DNA of 63,432 bases, filler included, from Octopus bimaculoides (lineage: Eukaryota), in NCBI RefSeq assembly GCF_001194135.2. It is 8 parts of 7 records of this genome, joined end to end, with 100 filler letters (N's around TTAATTAATTAA, not from the genome) between each part and the next. Parts side by side here need not be neighbours in the genome. Positions count along the whole stretch, not along the records: positions 38,304 to 50,270 come from NC_068996.1; positions 50,371 to 59,324 come from NC_068993.1; 6 more parts are not named here. The stretch is one strand, 5' to 3'. Below the pieces are notes generated by a model, which saw nothing but the letters and a program-made list of their open reading frames with translations, did no database searches and was not told where the DNA came from. Shown in pieces: positions 39,591 to 52,539 of this stretch. The position numbers and the translations under genes are program-made. The first letter of the stretch is position 1. Each line of letters starts with the position of its first letter.

Positions 39591-40984
39591 TGGGACGTAA
39601 GCACACAGGAGAATACGTACCAGGCTTTAAAAAAAGTTATGGGGTCGATTTTTTTCGACTAAAAAAAAAGCCCTTCTATGGTCGTAGCCAACTGACTGAA
39701 ACAAGTAAAAGTGTTCACCCGATCCTGTCTTCCCATGCATAGATATATAATTCAACTTCTTAATTACGTTAAGAGTACATACGTCATTGAAATACTTCCT
39801 TATATTCAAGTTTAAAACAACCGAATAACCGTTACTGAAACCAACAGAGAGTCCTTTCATGTGTATTCTGTATGTACTTAGTAATTGCATTGTTTTACAT
39901 GTATGAATAATACTCTTGTGTAGAAGGCATGTGTGTTTCTTGTCAGCAGCAGTTCAGACCTAAAGTAATGGATTCCTTGATGAGAAATCCAAAACATATT
40001 CGTTTCATTGATTAATCTAGTGGTTTAATATGATATTTTATTGGCCAATAGATTCATTGATTTATGTATTTAGTAGTTTCATGGTGTTCATTGGTAATAC
40101 AGTTGCTTGGTTTCTACTGGCTGGCTGGCTGGCTGGCTGGCTCACTGAATGGATGGATGGGTAGATTTTTGATGGGGGTTTTTACCGTTTGTTTTTTGTT
40201 CTTTTTTTTTCCTTTCTCGATAGTTGGTTGATAGGCAAACTGGCTGATCACCTACACTGTATTGTTAACTGCTGCTTTTACTAATTAAGTAATCTGAAGG
40301 ATGATATTAAAGCTAACACCGCCACCGACTCCTCCCAACAATATACATATATTATTCAGCAAGCAAATTAGCTAATTACTCTTTTACTCTTTCACTTGTT
40401 TCAGTCATTTGACTGTGGCCATGCTGGAGCACCGCGTTTATTCGAGCAAATCTACCCCAGGACTTATTCTTTGTAAGCCTGATACTTATTCTATAGATCT
40501 CTCTTGCCGAACCGCTAAGTTGCGGGGACGTAAACACAACAGCATCAGTTGGCAAGCGATGTTCAGGGGGGGGGGGCACAANNNNNNNNNNNNNNNNNNN
40601 NNNNNNNNNNNNNNNNNNNNNNNNNNNNNNNNNNNNNNNNNNNNNNNNNNNNNNNNNNNNNNNNNNNNNNNNNNNNNNNNNTATATATATATATATGTGT
40701 GTATATATATATATGTATGTATATATATATAAAGATATATATATACATATATATACATACATATATGTATATGTATATACATGTATACATATACAGAGTT
40801 ACAGACAGACATACAGGTACATAGCTAGACATACATACATGCATAAAATATGTTAATACAGACGGTGTACATATATAGTACATGTATACCTACAAACACA
40901 CACGCACACATGCGTGCGCGCACACAAACACATGGACACACAGGTATATCTGCGTGTGTGTTGAAAGCAAAGAAATTCTTAAAA

Positions 40985-41017
<33 letters not shown>

Positions 41018-42254
41018 NNNNNNNNNNNNNNNNNNNNNNNNNNNNNNNNNNNNNNNNNNNNNNNNNNNNNNNNNNNNNNNNNNNNNNNNNNNNNNNNNNN
41101 NNNNNNNNNNNNNNNNNNNNNNNNNNNNNNNNNNNNNNNNNNNNNNNNNNNNNNNNNNNNNNNNNNNNNNNNNNNNNNNNNNNNNNNNNNNNNNNNNNNN
41201 NNNNNNNNNNNNNNNNNNNNNNNNNNNNNNNNNNNNNNNNNNNNNNNNNNNNNNNNNNNNNNNNNNNNNNNNNNNNNNNNNNNNNNNNNNNNNNNNNNNN
41301 NNNNNNNNNNNNNNNNNNNNNNNNNNNNNNNNNNNNNNNNNNNNNNNNNNNNNNNNNNNNNNNNNNNNNNNNNNNNNNNNNNNNNNNNNNNNNNNNNNNN
41401 NNNNNNNNNNNNNNNNNNNNNNNNNNNNNNNNNNNNNNNNNNNNNNNNNNNNNNNNNNNNNNNNNNNNNNNNNNNNNNNNNNNNNNNNNNNNNNNNNNNN
41501 NNNNNNNNNNNNNNNNNNNNNNNNNNNNNNNNNNNNNNNNNNNNNNNNNNNNNNNNNNNNNNNNNNNNNNNNNNNNNNNNNNNNNNNNNNNNNNNNNNNN
41601 NNNNNNNNNNNNNNNNNNNNNNNNNNNNNNNNNNNNNNNNNNNNNNNNNNNNNNNNNNNNNNNNNNNNNNNNNNNNNNNNNNNNNNNNNNNNNNNNNNNN
41701 NNNNNNNNNNNNNNNNNNNNNNNNNNNNNNNNNNNNNNNNNNNNNNNNNNNNNNNNNNNNNNNNNNNNNNNNNNNNNNNNNNNNNNNNNNNNNNNNNNNN
41801 NNNNNNNNNNNNNNNNNNNNNNNNNNNNNNNNNNNNNNNNNNNNNNNNNNNNNNNNNNNNNNNNNNNNNNNNNNNNNNNNNNNNNNNNNNNNNNNNNNNN
41901 NNNNNNNNNNTCCATCTCCATGTGTGAGTGTGTGCATGTGCGCGTGTGTGGGGGTAGATAGACCCGTCTTGAACCCTCAAAGCAATTTCGAAATACCCAC
42001 ATATCTTGGATGTTTGTATATATGTGTGTGTGTTATTTCTTTACTACCCACAAGGGGCTACACACAGAGGGGACAAACAAAGACAGACAAACGGATTAAG
42101 TCGATTATATCGACCCCAGTGCGTAACTGGTACTTATTTAATCGACCCCGAAAGGATGAAAGGCAAAGTCGACCTCGGCGGAATTTGAACTCAGAACGTA
42201 GCGGCAGACGAAATACCGCTAAGCATTTCGCCCGGCGTGCATATATATATATGT

Positions 42255-42606
42255 AAGCTCTTGTACCCTGACTATGAATTCTCATTCGTGCCTGTTCTCA
42301 TAACTGCATTAGGTTATTTACCAATAAATTTGGGCAGAACTGAAGAACACTCGATTTCACGAAAATGAGTAAAAGAAGATGACTTGCATTCTCCAAATCC
42401 AATCTCTTAATGTCACAATGGAGATTTGTAAGACATTTCAAAAATTCTCCATCTGAGATTGTTATGTGAACTTGGGTATATGAATCTACAGTTCAACTAA
42501 CACACCAACTCAACTACGTATTCACAAACTCAAGAAGTTATTCTTACTGAAGAAGTCGTGCTGTTTTGTAAGCGACCGGCTTGAACTCTCTCATGAAGAA
42601 CTTAAA
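42255..42606 (+). mobile_element. R4/Dong-like 3' end, second subfamily
   Basis: LYPDYEFSFVPVLITALGYL and LQIQSLNVTMEICKTFQKFSI-stop are homologous to the C-terminus of the 16668-18137 element; followed by (TACA)n. Confidence 0.75.
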
Positions 42607-43004
42607 TCATACATACATGCATACATACATACATACAAACACACACACATACATACATACATACAAACAGACATACATACATACATACACACATACATAC
42701 ATACATACATACAAACACACACATACATACATACATACACACATACATACATACATACATACATACGTACATACGTACATACATACATACACATACATAC
42801 ATACATACATACATACATACATACATGCATACATACATACATACACACACATACATACATGCATACATGCATACATACATATGTACGTACATACATACAT
42901 ACATACATACACACACATACATACATATATACATGCATGCATGCATACATACATACATACGTACATACATACATACTTACACATACATACGTACGTACGT
43001 ACAT
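42607..43004. repeat. (TACA)n-type microsatellite running into a gap
   Basis: Direct reading. Confidence 0.95.
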
Positions 43005-43570
43005 NNNNNNNNNNNNNNNNNNNNNNNNNNNNNNNNNNNNNNNNNNNNNNNNNNNNNNNNNNNNNNNNNNNNNNNNNNNNNNNNNNNNNNNNNNNNNNNN
43101 NNNNNNNNNNNNNNNNNNNNNNNNNNNNNNNNNNNNNNNNNNNNNNNNNNNNNNNNNNNNNNNNNNNNNNNNNNNNNNNNNNNNNNNNNNNNNNNNNNNN
43201 NNNNNNNNNNNNNNNNNNNNNNNNNNNNNNNNNNNNNNNNNNNNNNNNNNNNNNNNNNNNNNNNNNNNNNNNNNNNNNNNNNNNNNNNNNNNNNNNNNNN
43301 NNNNNNNNNNNNNNNNNNNNNNNNNNNNNNNNNNNNNNNNNNNNNNNNNNNNNNNNNNNNNNNNNNNNNNNNNNNNNNNNNNNNNNNNNNNNNNNNNNNN
43401 NNNNNNNNNNNNNNNNNNNNNNNNNNNNNNNNNNNNNNNNNNNNNNNNNNNNNNNNNNNNNNNNNNNNNNNNNNNNNNNNNNNNNNNNNNNNNNNNNNNN
43501 NNNNNNNNNNNNNNNNNNNNNNNNNNNNNNNNNNNNNNNNNNNNNNNNNNNNNNNNNNNNNNNNNNNNNN

Positions 43571-43915
43571 ACTACAGATCCAATCCATCACTGGAACTGT
43601 AAGAATCTGTAAAACTTTCCAGAAGTTTATCATTTAAATATATATGAGCATGTCTAGATGTGCAACTATATGCATGAGAATACATACATAAAACATACAA
43701 ATCTGCACATGCATACATACATTATATACATACATACATGCATGCATACATACACGCATACATACATACATACATACATACATACATACATACATACAAA
43801 CAAACAAAAATACCCTGTTGTTGATGTTGAAATTCAAGTGAAGGATCCTTGGGTCTAGGTTAGAAACCGGTTCATTCTCTATTGGCAAGAAATCTTGAAA
43901 TAAATTAAATAATGA
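43571..43915 (+). mobile_element. R4/Dong-like 3' end and 3' UTR
   Basis: LQIQSITGTVRICKTFQKFII-stop; 3' UTR matches the reverse complement of about 16668-16920; followed by CATACATG repeats. Confidence 0.85.
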
Positions 43916-44380
43916 CATACATGCACATATACATACATATGTGTGCATACGTTATGCATTATGCATATAACTATGAAATAGTGTCGAATTCACAATCGAA
44001 ATTTCTAAAATAAAGAGACAATTTCCTGTGTTACACTCTCAATAATCTTAACTATGAGAAAACAACGACGCCCCAATCGAAGTCTTTATCATAATGAAAG
44101 AATATTCTGAAGATATACTATTTATATGTCATAGTAGAAACAAGAACATTTATATACAATAGAATTTAGGTGGGTTTCGCTAGTTTTTTACAACTACGAT
44201 ATATTTTTGAGCTGTTATCTTCATTTTTGTGAAGCATCTTGTTTGTAGCTAGCTACACACAAGAGAGAAAACATGTTAAAAAGCCGGGTCAGTTCCTCTC
44301 CAATTTTTTGTAAATCCTTAAATATTTCTCCTTCTAGGTATATATATACTACCAAATACTTTTAGTTGAATACTCTCTTT

Positions 44381-44564
44381 TAAACTGTTTTAAACATATT
44401 CTTCATATTATTATCAAAGAATGAATATATGTATTTTAATGCTCTAACTGTTTTTAACATTTTCTTATTATTATCAAAGAATATATATATGTATTTTAAT
44501 ACTTAAACTGTTTTTAACATTTTCTTATGATTATCAAAGAATGTATATATGTATTTTAATACTT
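44381..44564. repeat. Three-copy AT-rich minisatellite of about 60 bp
   Basis: Unit TAAACTGTTTTTAACATTTTCTTATTATTATCAAAGAATATATATATGTATTTTAATACT, period 60-63. Confidence 0.9.
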
Positions 44565-44710
44565 TTGTGACAACCAGTACTGAACACAACAAAGCTCATA
44601 CAAAGCTTTACATTTTACTTTTGACAAACTTTTTCTAAAAAAGTGAAACCGGTCAAGTGAGTAACATCTTTAAAATTGCATTTTCAAACCTTCTTTCATA
44701 TATATATACA

Positions 44711-44765
<55 letters not shown>

Positions 44766-45084
44766 GAGTTAATCTTTTTTAAAGGCGGTGTCCCAACATG
44801 GCCGCAATTTAATGACTGAAATAAGTAAAAGATAAAGGATAACACCATCAATGCTGGACTTTCTTTCTCATTTCCTCTCGTAAATTGGTCTAAAATTTCT
44901 CATTTTGGTATGACTGTCGTTTTTTTAAAATTATTTTTGAGTCTTTGTGTCTCTCTTCCACTCAGCTACTTTCTAGATTTTGCCGGTTCCAATGATTCTT
45001 CTCTCTTACTCCGTCATTCCTCCCCACTCTCTTCCACTCTCCCTCACGCTACATCACTCTGTCTCTTTCCCACCTTCCATCTCT

Positions 45085-45570
45085 CTTCTTCTTCTTCTTC
45101 TTCTTCTTCTTCTTCTTCTTCTTCTTCTTCTTCATCATCATCATCATCATCAAACACAATGTCTTTCCGTTTCTTTTACTTTTATTTTTTTACTTGCTTC
45201 AGTTATTTGACTGTGGCCATGCTGGAGCACCGCATTCTTTTTGTTGAACAAATCGGCCCCAGGACTGATTTCTTGAGCCTTGTACTTATCCCATCGGCCT
45301 GTTTTGTCGAACACCTAAGTTACAGGGACGCAAACACACCACCACCGGTTAGTAGTAGTGGTGGTGGTAGTGGTGACGGCGGCGGTGGTGGTGGTGGTGG
45401 TGGTGTGTGATGGCTTGGTGGTTGTGGTGATGGTGGTTGTGGTTGTAGTGGTAGTGTGTGGTGGTGGTAGTCTTGGTGGTTGTGGTTGTAATGGTAGTGT
45501 GTGGTGGCGGTAGTTTTGGTGGTTGTGGTGACGGTGGTGGAGTAGTAGTAGTAGTAGTAGTAGTAGTTGC
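45085..45570. repeat. Compound (TTC)n(TCA)n, SINE B fragment, (GGT)n and (GTA)n tract
   Basis: Direct reading; the poly-S/G/T/V ORFs here are by-products of the repeats. Confidence 0.85.
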
Positions 45571-45873
45571 TGTTAGTGTTGTTAACACGGTTGAAATTAC
45601 AGTTTACTTTTTCCCCGTTTGTTGCTGGTCTTGCTTGCTTAGCCCCAATTCTTGCTAAACCTGACAGAGTAGATAATACCATTTTAGCTGTGATCCTCTT
45701 GTTTTTTTCTTTGGTAGAGGGAGGGACGGATGGGCATCTTTTCCTATTGATAACTGGACTTAGACAACTATAGAATGAGACTTGAAGTAGATGTTGATAG
45801 CCATTTTCACTCTAGAATTTCAGGAAGCAATGTAGAGGCTCCTACATCGGTGATAACGAAATTCCCTTTAAAC

Positions 45874-46947
45874 GTGTGGTTCTCAACCTCTTTCACCTTC
45901 GGGACCATTCTTTATCATAAAAAATTCCCAGGCTCACTGACCTCTAAACCAGTTATTTGACCTTCTTCGGAATATAAACCCCATAAAGTAGTAAGTGTTT
46001 CCACATACCAGCTTCATGTATGGGTACAATCATAATCGTTAAATAAATACTACATCAGTGTTATATCTTCTTGTTTATAAGGCGGCGAGCTGGCAGAAAC
46101 GTTAGCACGCCGGGCGAAATACTTAGCGGTATTTCGTCTGTTTTTACGTTCTGAGTTCAAATTCCACCGAGGTTGACTTTGCCTTTCATCCTTTCGGGGG
46201 TTGATAAATTAAGTATCAGTTGAGTACTGGGGTCGATCTAATCGACTGGCCCCCACTCCCCAAATATTCCGGGCCTTGTGCTTAGAGCAGAAAAGAATTA
46301 TTAAACATTCATAATTGGAATGAATAAATAAAATTGAATATTAAGTATTTATGAAACCTCCAAGCAGAAAAAAAAAAAACATCTAAAAATGGAAGAAAAG
46401 TATAGTTACATTTTATTTACAAAAACTGAAGAAGCAATTTAATGGCTACATTGCGGTTGGTGTTTTTCAATTACGTTGGTAAGACTAAAAAATTACCGTT
46501 AGTTACATAACGAATGGCAAAAGATCATGCATGCTCTTCATACCATTACATGGTCAACATAACCATGCTGTGTGATAATAGAATGGAGTATTAATATTGA
46601 ACTATTTATTGAAACGTAGAGATTAGTTACTCACTAAAAATATGAATTTTTACTCACTTCTTATGATGTTTTTCTCATAAGTGCATTCAAAACTGCGTGT
46701 GAATTGAAAGCTAGACCAGCGACTTCGAAGTGCAATTATCTGAGACTTCCTTTTAGTCTTTTAGATTTGTTACGTTTTCTTTGAGCCACGCTGGTCAAGA
46801 CTACAAATCGAATACTAAATCAGCTTGTTTCCTATCCAAAAAATTTCCAAGGCCCTCTCAGAATTTTCTCATGTACCCTCAAGATTCTCCCAGGCCCACT
46901 CAAAATTTTCTCAGGCTTACTAGTGGGCCCCAGGTCCAACGTTGAGA
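45874..46947. mobile_element. Possible Charlie-type non-autonomous hAT element containing a SINE A insertion
   Basis: Left GTGGTTCTCAACC; right ...GTTGAGA truncated by an N gap. Confidence 0.4.
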
Positions 46948-49413
46948 NNNNNNNNNNTTGAGTGAAGGCGGCGAGCTGGCAGAATCGTTAGCACGCCGGA
47001 TGAAATGCTTAGCGGTATTTCGTCCGTCTCTACGTTCTGAGTTCAAATTCTGCCGAGGTCAACTTTGCTTTTCATCCTTTCGGGGTCGATAAATTAAGTA
47101 CCAGATAAATTAAGTACCTAATCGACTAGCCCCCTCCCACCAAAAATTTCGGGCCTTGTGCCTAAAGTATACAAGATTATTATTAATGTTGTCCTTATTA
47201 TCATTATTATTATTATTATTATTATTATTGAAGCTATGAGCTGGCTGAATCGTTAGCACGCAGGACAAAGTGATTAGCGGTATTTCGTCCGTCTTTATGC
47301 TCTGAGTTCATATTCCACTTGCACAAAAGAAAGAATAGTTACGGCTGGAATATGTTTGTTCACGTGTCTACTTATTTTACGGCAAAACTAAAGGTTAAAC
47401 AGCAACAACAGCAGTAACAACTACAACAACAACAACACTGGAAATATACTCCCGCTGTCATATTTTCTAACCCGGAATACTGTAAAAATATCAAACTCAT
47501 CAATGCTTCGTCTATAACTACTACTCTTTGTCCTAGTACCAAGGCGTAGTACAACTAGTTTGGACGACTTCAGTATGCAGTTAGCAAATATTTCTATTTA
47601 CTCGTATTTATTTTGATTTCGTGTTTTTCCGCGAACTAGACGGTTAATAATAGATTCATTTCAATAACTAAGGCCTTCCATCCTCCCTGCCCTGGTCGAA
47701 ATCCTTGATGACCTCATGCAATGCTACTACAATATTTTCTACTCTAGGCACAAGGACCGATATTTTTGGGAGGTGTGGGGAAATCGATTATATCGGTCCC
47801 AGTATGCAACTGGTACTTAATTTATCGACTCCGAAAGGATGAAAGGCAAAGTCGACCTCGGCGGAATTTGAACTCAGAACGCAGTAGCAGACGAAATACC
47901 GCTAAGCATTTCACCCGGCGTGCTAACGTTTCTGCCAGTTCGCCGCTTTGCTATTATTGTAATATTATTCTCTACTGTAGGCACAAGGCCCGAAATTGTT
48001 GAGAGGGGGGGGCCAATCGATTAGATCAGTTCCAGTACGCAACTGGTACTTAATTTATCGACCCCGAAAGGATGAAAGGCAAAGTGGACCTCGGCGGAAT
48101 TTGAGCTCAGAACGTAAGACAGACGAAATACCGCTAGGCATTCTGCCCGGCATGCTAACGTTTCTGCCAGCTCGCCGCTTTACTACAATTAATATTAGCA
48201 GCAACGCCAACACTAGCGTCATCAACATCTCTACTGCGACCATAAACACCTCGTACAACGTTAATATCGAATCGGTGAGGAGAGCCTGTGCCGCGTCACT
48301 CGTCCAATGGAAATAACACACCCACGACACTAATATCCTTGAAACCACGATCTGTTGCCTTCAGAAAGGAAATGACACGTTAGTAAATACGGGCATACAG
48401 ACAAAATGATATGGCTGGGATACAATAACAATATTTACTCTAGGATAAGGGGGCGAGCTGGCAGAATCGTTAACACGCCAGGTAAAATGCTTAGTGGAAT
48501 TTCGTCCGTCTGTTCAAATTCTGTCCGTTCAGTTGAAATTCCATCAAGGTCAACTTTGTCTGTTATTCTTTTCAGTACCTGCAAAATAAGTACCAGTTAA
48601 ACACTTGGGTCCTTGTAATCGACTTACCTACTCCCCTGAAGTTGTTGGCCTTGTGCCATAATTTTTAAATCAATATTTAGGCAACAATTGCTTATGGGCA
48701 AACCCTAATTTCTAACTCCAGCTTGAAAATACTCTCATTTATATAATTTTATCACCAACCTTAACACTGATACCATAAGCATAATAACTATTGAGTACGG
48801 CTCCTTTGCCATCACAACTAAACACAAATGAACGGTGCGAGATCACTACCAACAACATCAACAAAATTCCTACTGTGAGAAAACACTTCCGTCAGCACCG
48901 TCGGCACTATAATCTGAATTATTATTCTCACAATTATTTATACAGAGTCATGGGCAACCTGCAGCTTGTAGGATTTTCTGAATGGATCGCCATTCTCTAA
49001 AAGGGTTACTTACCTATGTCCGATTTAATCGAAAAGAGATACTAACAATGCAGCAACTACAAGCCATCCACTATTAGTACTACTAAAAAAAAAGGGGGGG
49101 AATTTGACAAGACAGTCAGTCGGACGCTGACACTCGTTGATGCTGCATCGAAGAGGCCAGGGAATAGAAGAAAGAAGACATGCACCTAACACCAGAGCTG
49201 AAGACACCTCCGAAAGGGGGTGGCCCCGCCACGTCAAAACGGTAGAGGAGTAGAGGCCGAAACCGGACGTGGTTCCTCTTGATGATGTCTTGAGCTAACT
49301 GGATCCTATAAAGGAGCTGTTGTGGTAGCAGACCACGAAACATGGTTGAAATTCCTCCATAGCACAGAAAGCACTATGTGGTCGGTTAAAATACTACAAG
49401 TAGTAGATAAATC

Positions 49414-49805
49414 GGTACTTTTTTGGTTAACTCACCCCATTAAAAAATTGGGTTATCTCCCCCGTTTTATGAAAAATATCGGTACTTCTGGTTATCTCCC
49501 TCAACTAAAAAAAAATTAACCCTCAATAAAACAAAGAAAAGAAATGAAAAAAATGAAAAGGGAAAAAATAAAAAGGAAGACTGAAAGATTAATCATCTTA
49601 CTGAATCTGATAATATTTTTATAACAAATCCTACCATTCCTATTGAGGAGGCCAAATATCAACAATGTGTTGAAGTATTGAATCTAAAGGATCTAATTCT
49701 TTTAATCCAATCTCTTGTCGCCACATAAACTCAATTTTTTAGTGGGGAGATAACCCAATTTCTTAATGACAATTTTTTATGTGGGTGAGATAACCAAACT
49801 GTGCC
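49414..49805. mobile_element. Merlin-like non-autonomous DNA transposon (392 bp)
   Basis: Termini GGTAC and GGCAC (reverse complement); inverted subterminal GGTTA(A/T)CTC(A/C)CCC repeats; 8-bp flanks GATAAATC and GACAAATC (7/8). Confidence 0.65.
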
Positions 49806-50002
49806 GACAAATCTCCCTAAAAAAATCTTAGCAAATGAATAAATAAATAGATTAACTAATTAATTACTACAGAAGTGGAAAATTGAAAACTACACATGGT
49901 AACATAATCCTGATTACACTGTGCACGAAAATAAGACAAGTTGGTCACGGCTAGCTTCCTCGGACCATTGCTGATCTAGGGTTAAGCAACAACAGTTACC
50001 AT

Positions 50003-50033
<31 letters not shown>

Positions 50034-50164
50034 AATACTATTGCTACTACTACTACTATCACCACCACCAACAACAACAACACCAACACTACAACCAATA
50101 TCACCTCCTCAATTTCTCTTTCCGTCTTCTCACCATCAGGTTTATCATTTTTAACGTTAATCCT

Positions 50165-50215
<51 letters not shown>

Positions 50216-50486
50216 AAGCACAGTTACAACTATAAATGCAGCTGCTGCTGCTGCCACTACTACTGCAACTNNNNNNNNNNNNNNNNNNNNNNNNNNNNNN
50301 NNNNNNNNNNNNNNTTAATTAATTAANNNNNNNNNNNNNNNNNNNNNNNNNNNNNNNNNNNNNNNNNNNNTATATGTATATATATATATACTCTTTTACT
50401 TGTTTCAGTCATTTGACTGCGGCCATGCTGGAGCACCGCCTTTTAGTCAAGTAAATCGACCCCAGGACTTATTCTTTGGAAGCGTA

Positions 50487-50556
50487 GTACTTATTCTATC
50501 GTACTTATTCTATCGTACTTATTCTATCGTACTTATTCTATAGTACTTATTCTATC
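50487..50556. repeat. Five copies of the 14-bp unit GTACTTATTCTATC inside a SINE B copy
   Basis: Direct reading; the unit occurs once in other SINE B copies. Confidence 0.92.
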
Positions 50557-50665
50557 GTAAACAGACCACCATCGGTTGTCAAGCGATGTTGAGGGGACAA
50601 ACACAGACACACAAACAACACACACATACATATACATATACATATATACGACGGGCTTCTTTCGG

Positions 50666-50699
<34 letters not shown>

Positions 50700-50834
50700 T
50701 ACACACACGTATACATGCACACAGGAGACACAATTTCTTTGTATAGATACACTGATTGCAATGAAAAGCACGTACATATAAGCCTGTCCTAAAGAAAAAA
50801 AACGCGCTAGTTGATATATACGTATATGTATTTG

Positions 50835-50835
<1 letters not shown>

Positions 50836-50899
<64 letters not shown>

Positions 50900-50908
50900 C
50901 TCTATCTC

Positions 50909-50948
<40 letters not shown>
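50836..50948. repeat. (TATC)n microsatellite
   Basis: Direct reading. Confidence 0.95.
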
Positions 50949-50949
<1 letters not shown>

Positions 50950-51036
50950 GTACGTCTGTGTCTGTGTGTGTGTGCGCGCACACATACACATCAATCCGTC
51001 CATCCCTACATACATACATACATACATACATCAGTG

Positions 51037-52245
51037 AGGCTCGATCTTCGACTTTCACAAATGTTGGAAGTAGTGACACCTACTGTGGTCAGTGAAATTA
51101 AAAATGTTCCCAGGCGGATGAAAGAATACAAAGATCCAGGGAAAGATGACATAACGATCGAGATGTTTAGGTGCAGATGTAAAAAGCTGTGCAAAATCCT
51201 CGTTCTACGCTTCAGCCGCTATCTGAAGGAGAATAAGCTACCCTCGCTATGGAAAGAGTCGAATAACATCTTGCTTCATAAGAAAGGTGAGAAAGAAGAT
51301 TTCAGAGACTATTTCCCCAAATGCCTCGTTTCACGTCATAATTGCCAGATTATTGAAACATCACGATGACCAGCAACCGAAGGAGTAAGGATTTTCCGTA
51401 AAAACTAGAGAACGACGAATCATATATTCATTCTAACAAGCTTATAGAACGAGTGAAAAAAACACAAGCTGCTTCTGTGCTTTAACTACAAAAGGCCGTT
51501 TTACAATGTCGAGATGACGCAGTGTTGAGATCTCTGAAATGCAATGTATCGAAATGCAGTATACTAAATTGCTTAGAGATGCGAACTCTGGATGCACCAC
51601 AAATATAGTTCTGCTATTACTACCAGTAAGTGTCCAAAAGAGGGCCTCAAGCAAAGAGATATCTTCTCTCCAAAGCTGTTCACCACATGCCTAGAAATGC
51701 TCATCAGAGACATTGAATGGATAGGGGATATGAGCCTCAACGGCGAGTTATTATCACACATCCGATAGGCAGATGACATCGTACTCATCGCAGATCAGCT
51801 GCAGATTATGCTGACTGAATTGAGATCAATAACTCAACAGTAGACTTAAATTGAATTGTATGAAAACAATATATACGGTCCAAAAACGTAGGAGAAAGCT
51901 TCATAGAGGTGGAAAGCGACAAAATCGAGGAGGTAAAGTTGTTCGTCTACGTAGGTCACACAACAAATATGCTCTGAAATATGAATACTGAAATCTCGAA
52001 GACAGTGTAAAACGCATTTATCTCAATAAAGGATGTGTTCAAAGCAAAGCTGTAGAAGCCCATACGCGCTAGACTCCTCATTAGCGCTGTCATACCAGTG
52101 CTCTTATGCGCACATGGACGCGGGCTACTACGAAGAGAGAAGAACATCGATTGGCTACGACGCAAAAGGCTATGGAAAGATCCATGCTAGGAATATCATT
52201 AAAGAGCGTATTCCAAATGAAATAATTCAAGAATCGAGCGGCACC
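51037..52245 (+). mobile_element. RTE-1-type LINE RT fragment
   Basis: KDPGKDDITIEMF, WKESNNILLHKKGEKED, GLKQRDIFSPKLFT, HIR-stop-ADDIVL. Confidence 0.85.
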
Positions 52246-52504
52246 TCGGGCAAGTACTTTCTACTACAGCTCCAGGCCGACCAATGCCTTATGTGTAGAT
52301 TTGGTTTGTACGCATGCGTGCGTTTCTTTGTTTTTGCATTTGTCTTACTATCATCTCTTGACAACTGGTGTTAGTTTACGTGCCTGCATCTCCAGCGAAA
52401 GGAAACACTAGAATAAATACCAGATTTGAAAATATGTACTTGGGTCGTTTTGTTCGATTCAGCTCTTCAAAGCGGTGACCCAGCATGGCTGAGGTCCATT
52501 TACC

Positions 52505-52539
<35 letters not shown>

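Noticed and set aside
44910-45773. Poly-Ser/Gly/Thr/Val/His ORFs
   Set aside because: Translations of trinucleotide repeats plus a SINE; no splice or domain support.
49198-49267. CTGAAGA, GNRA-capped hairpin and a distant GAAACCGG
   Set aside because: GAAA is displaced 36 nt from stem II and stem I does not form; not a supportable hammerhead.
50487-50556. CRISPR-like appearance of short direct repeats
   Set aside because: Contiguous 14-bp units without spacers, in a eukaryotic SINE; no cas genes.
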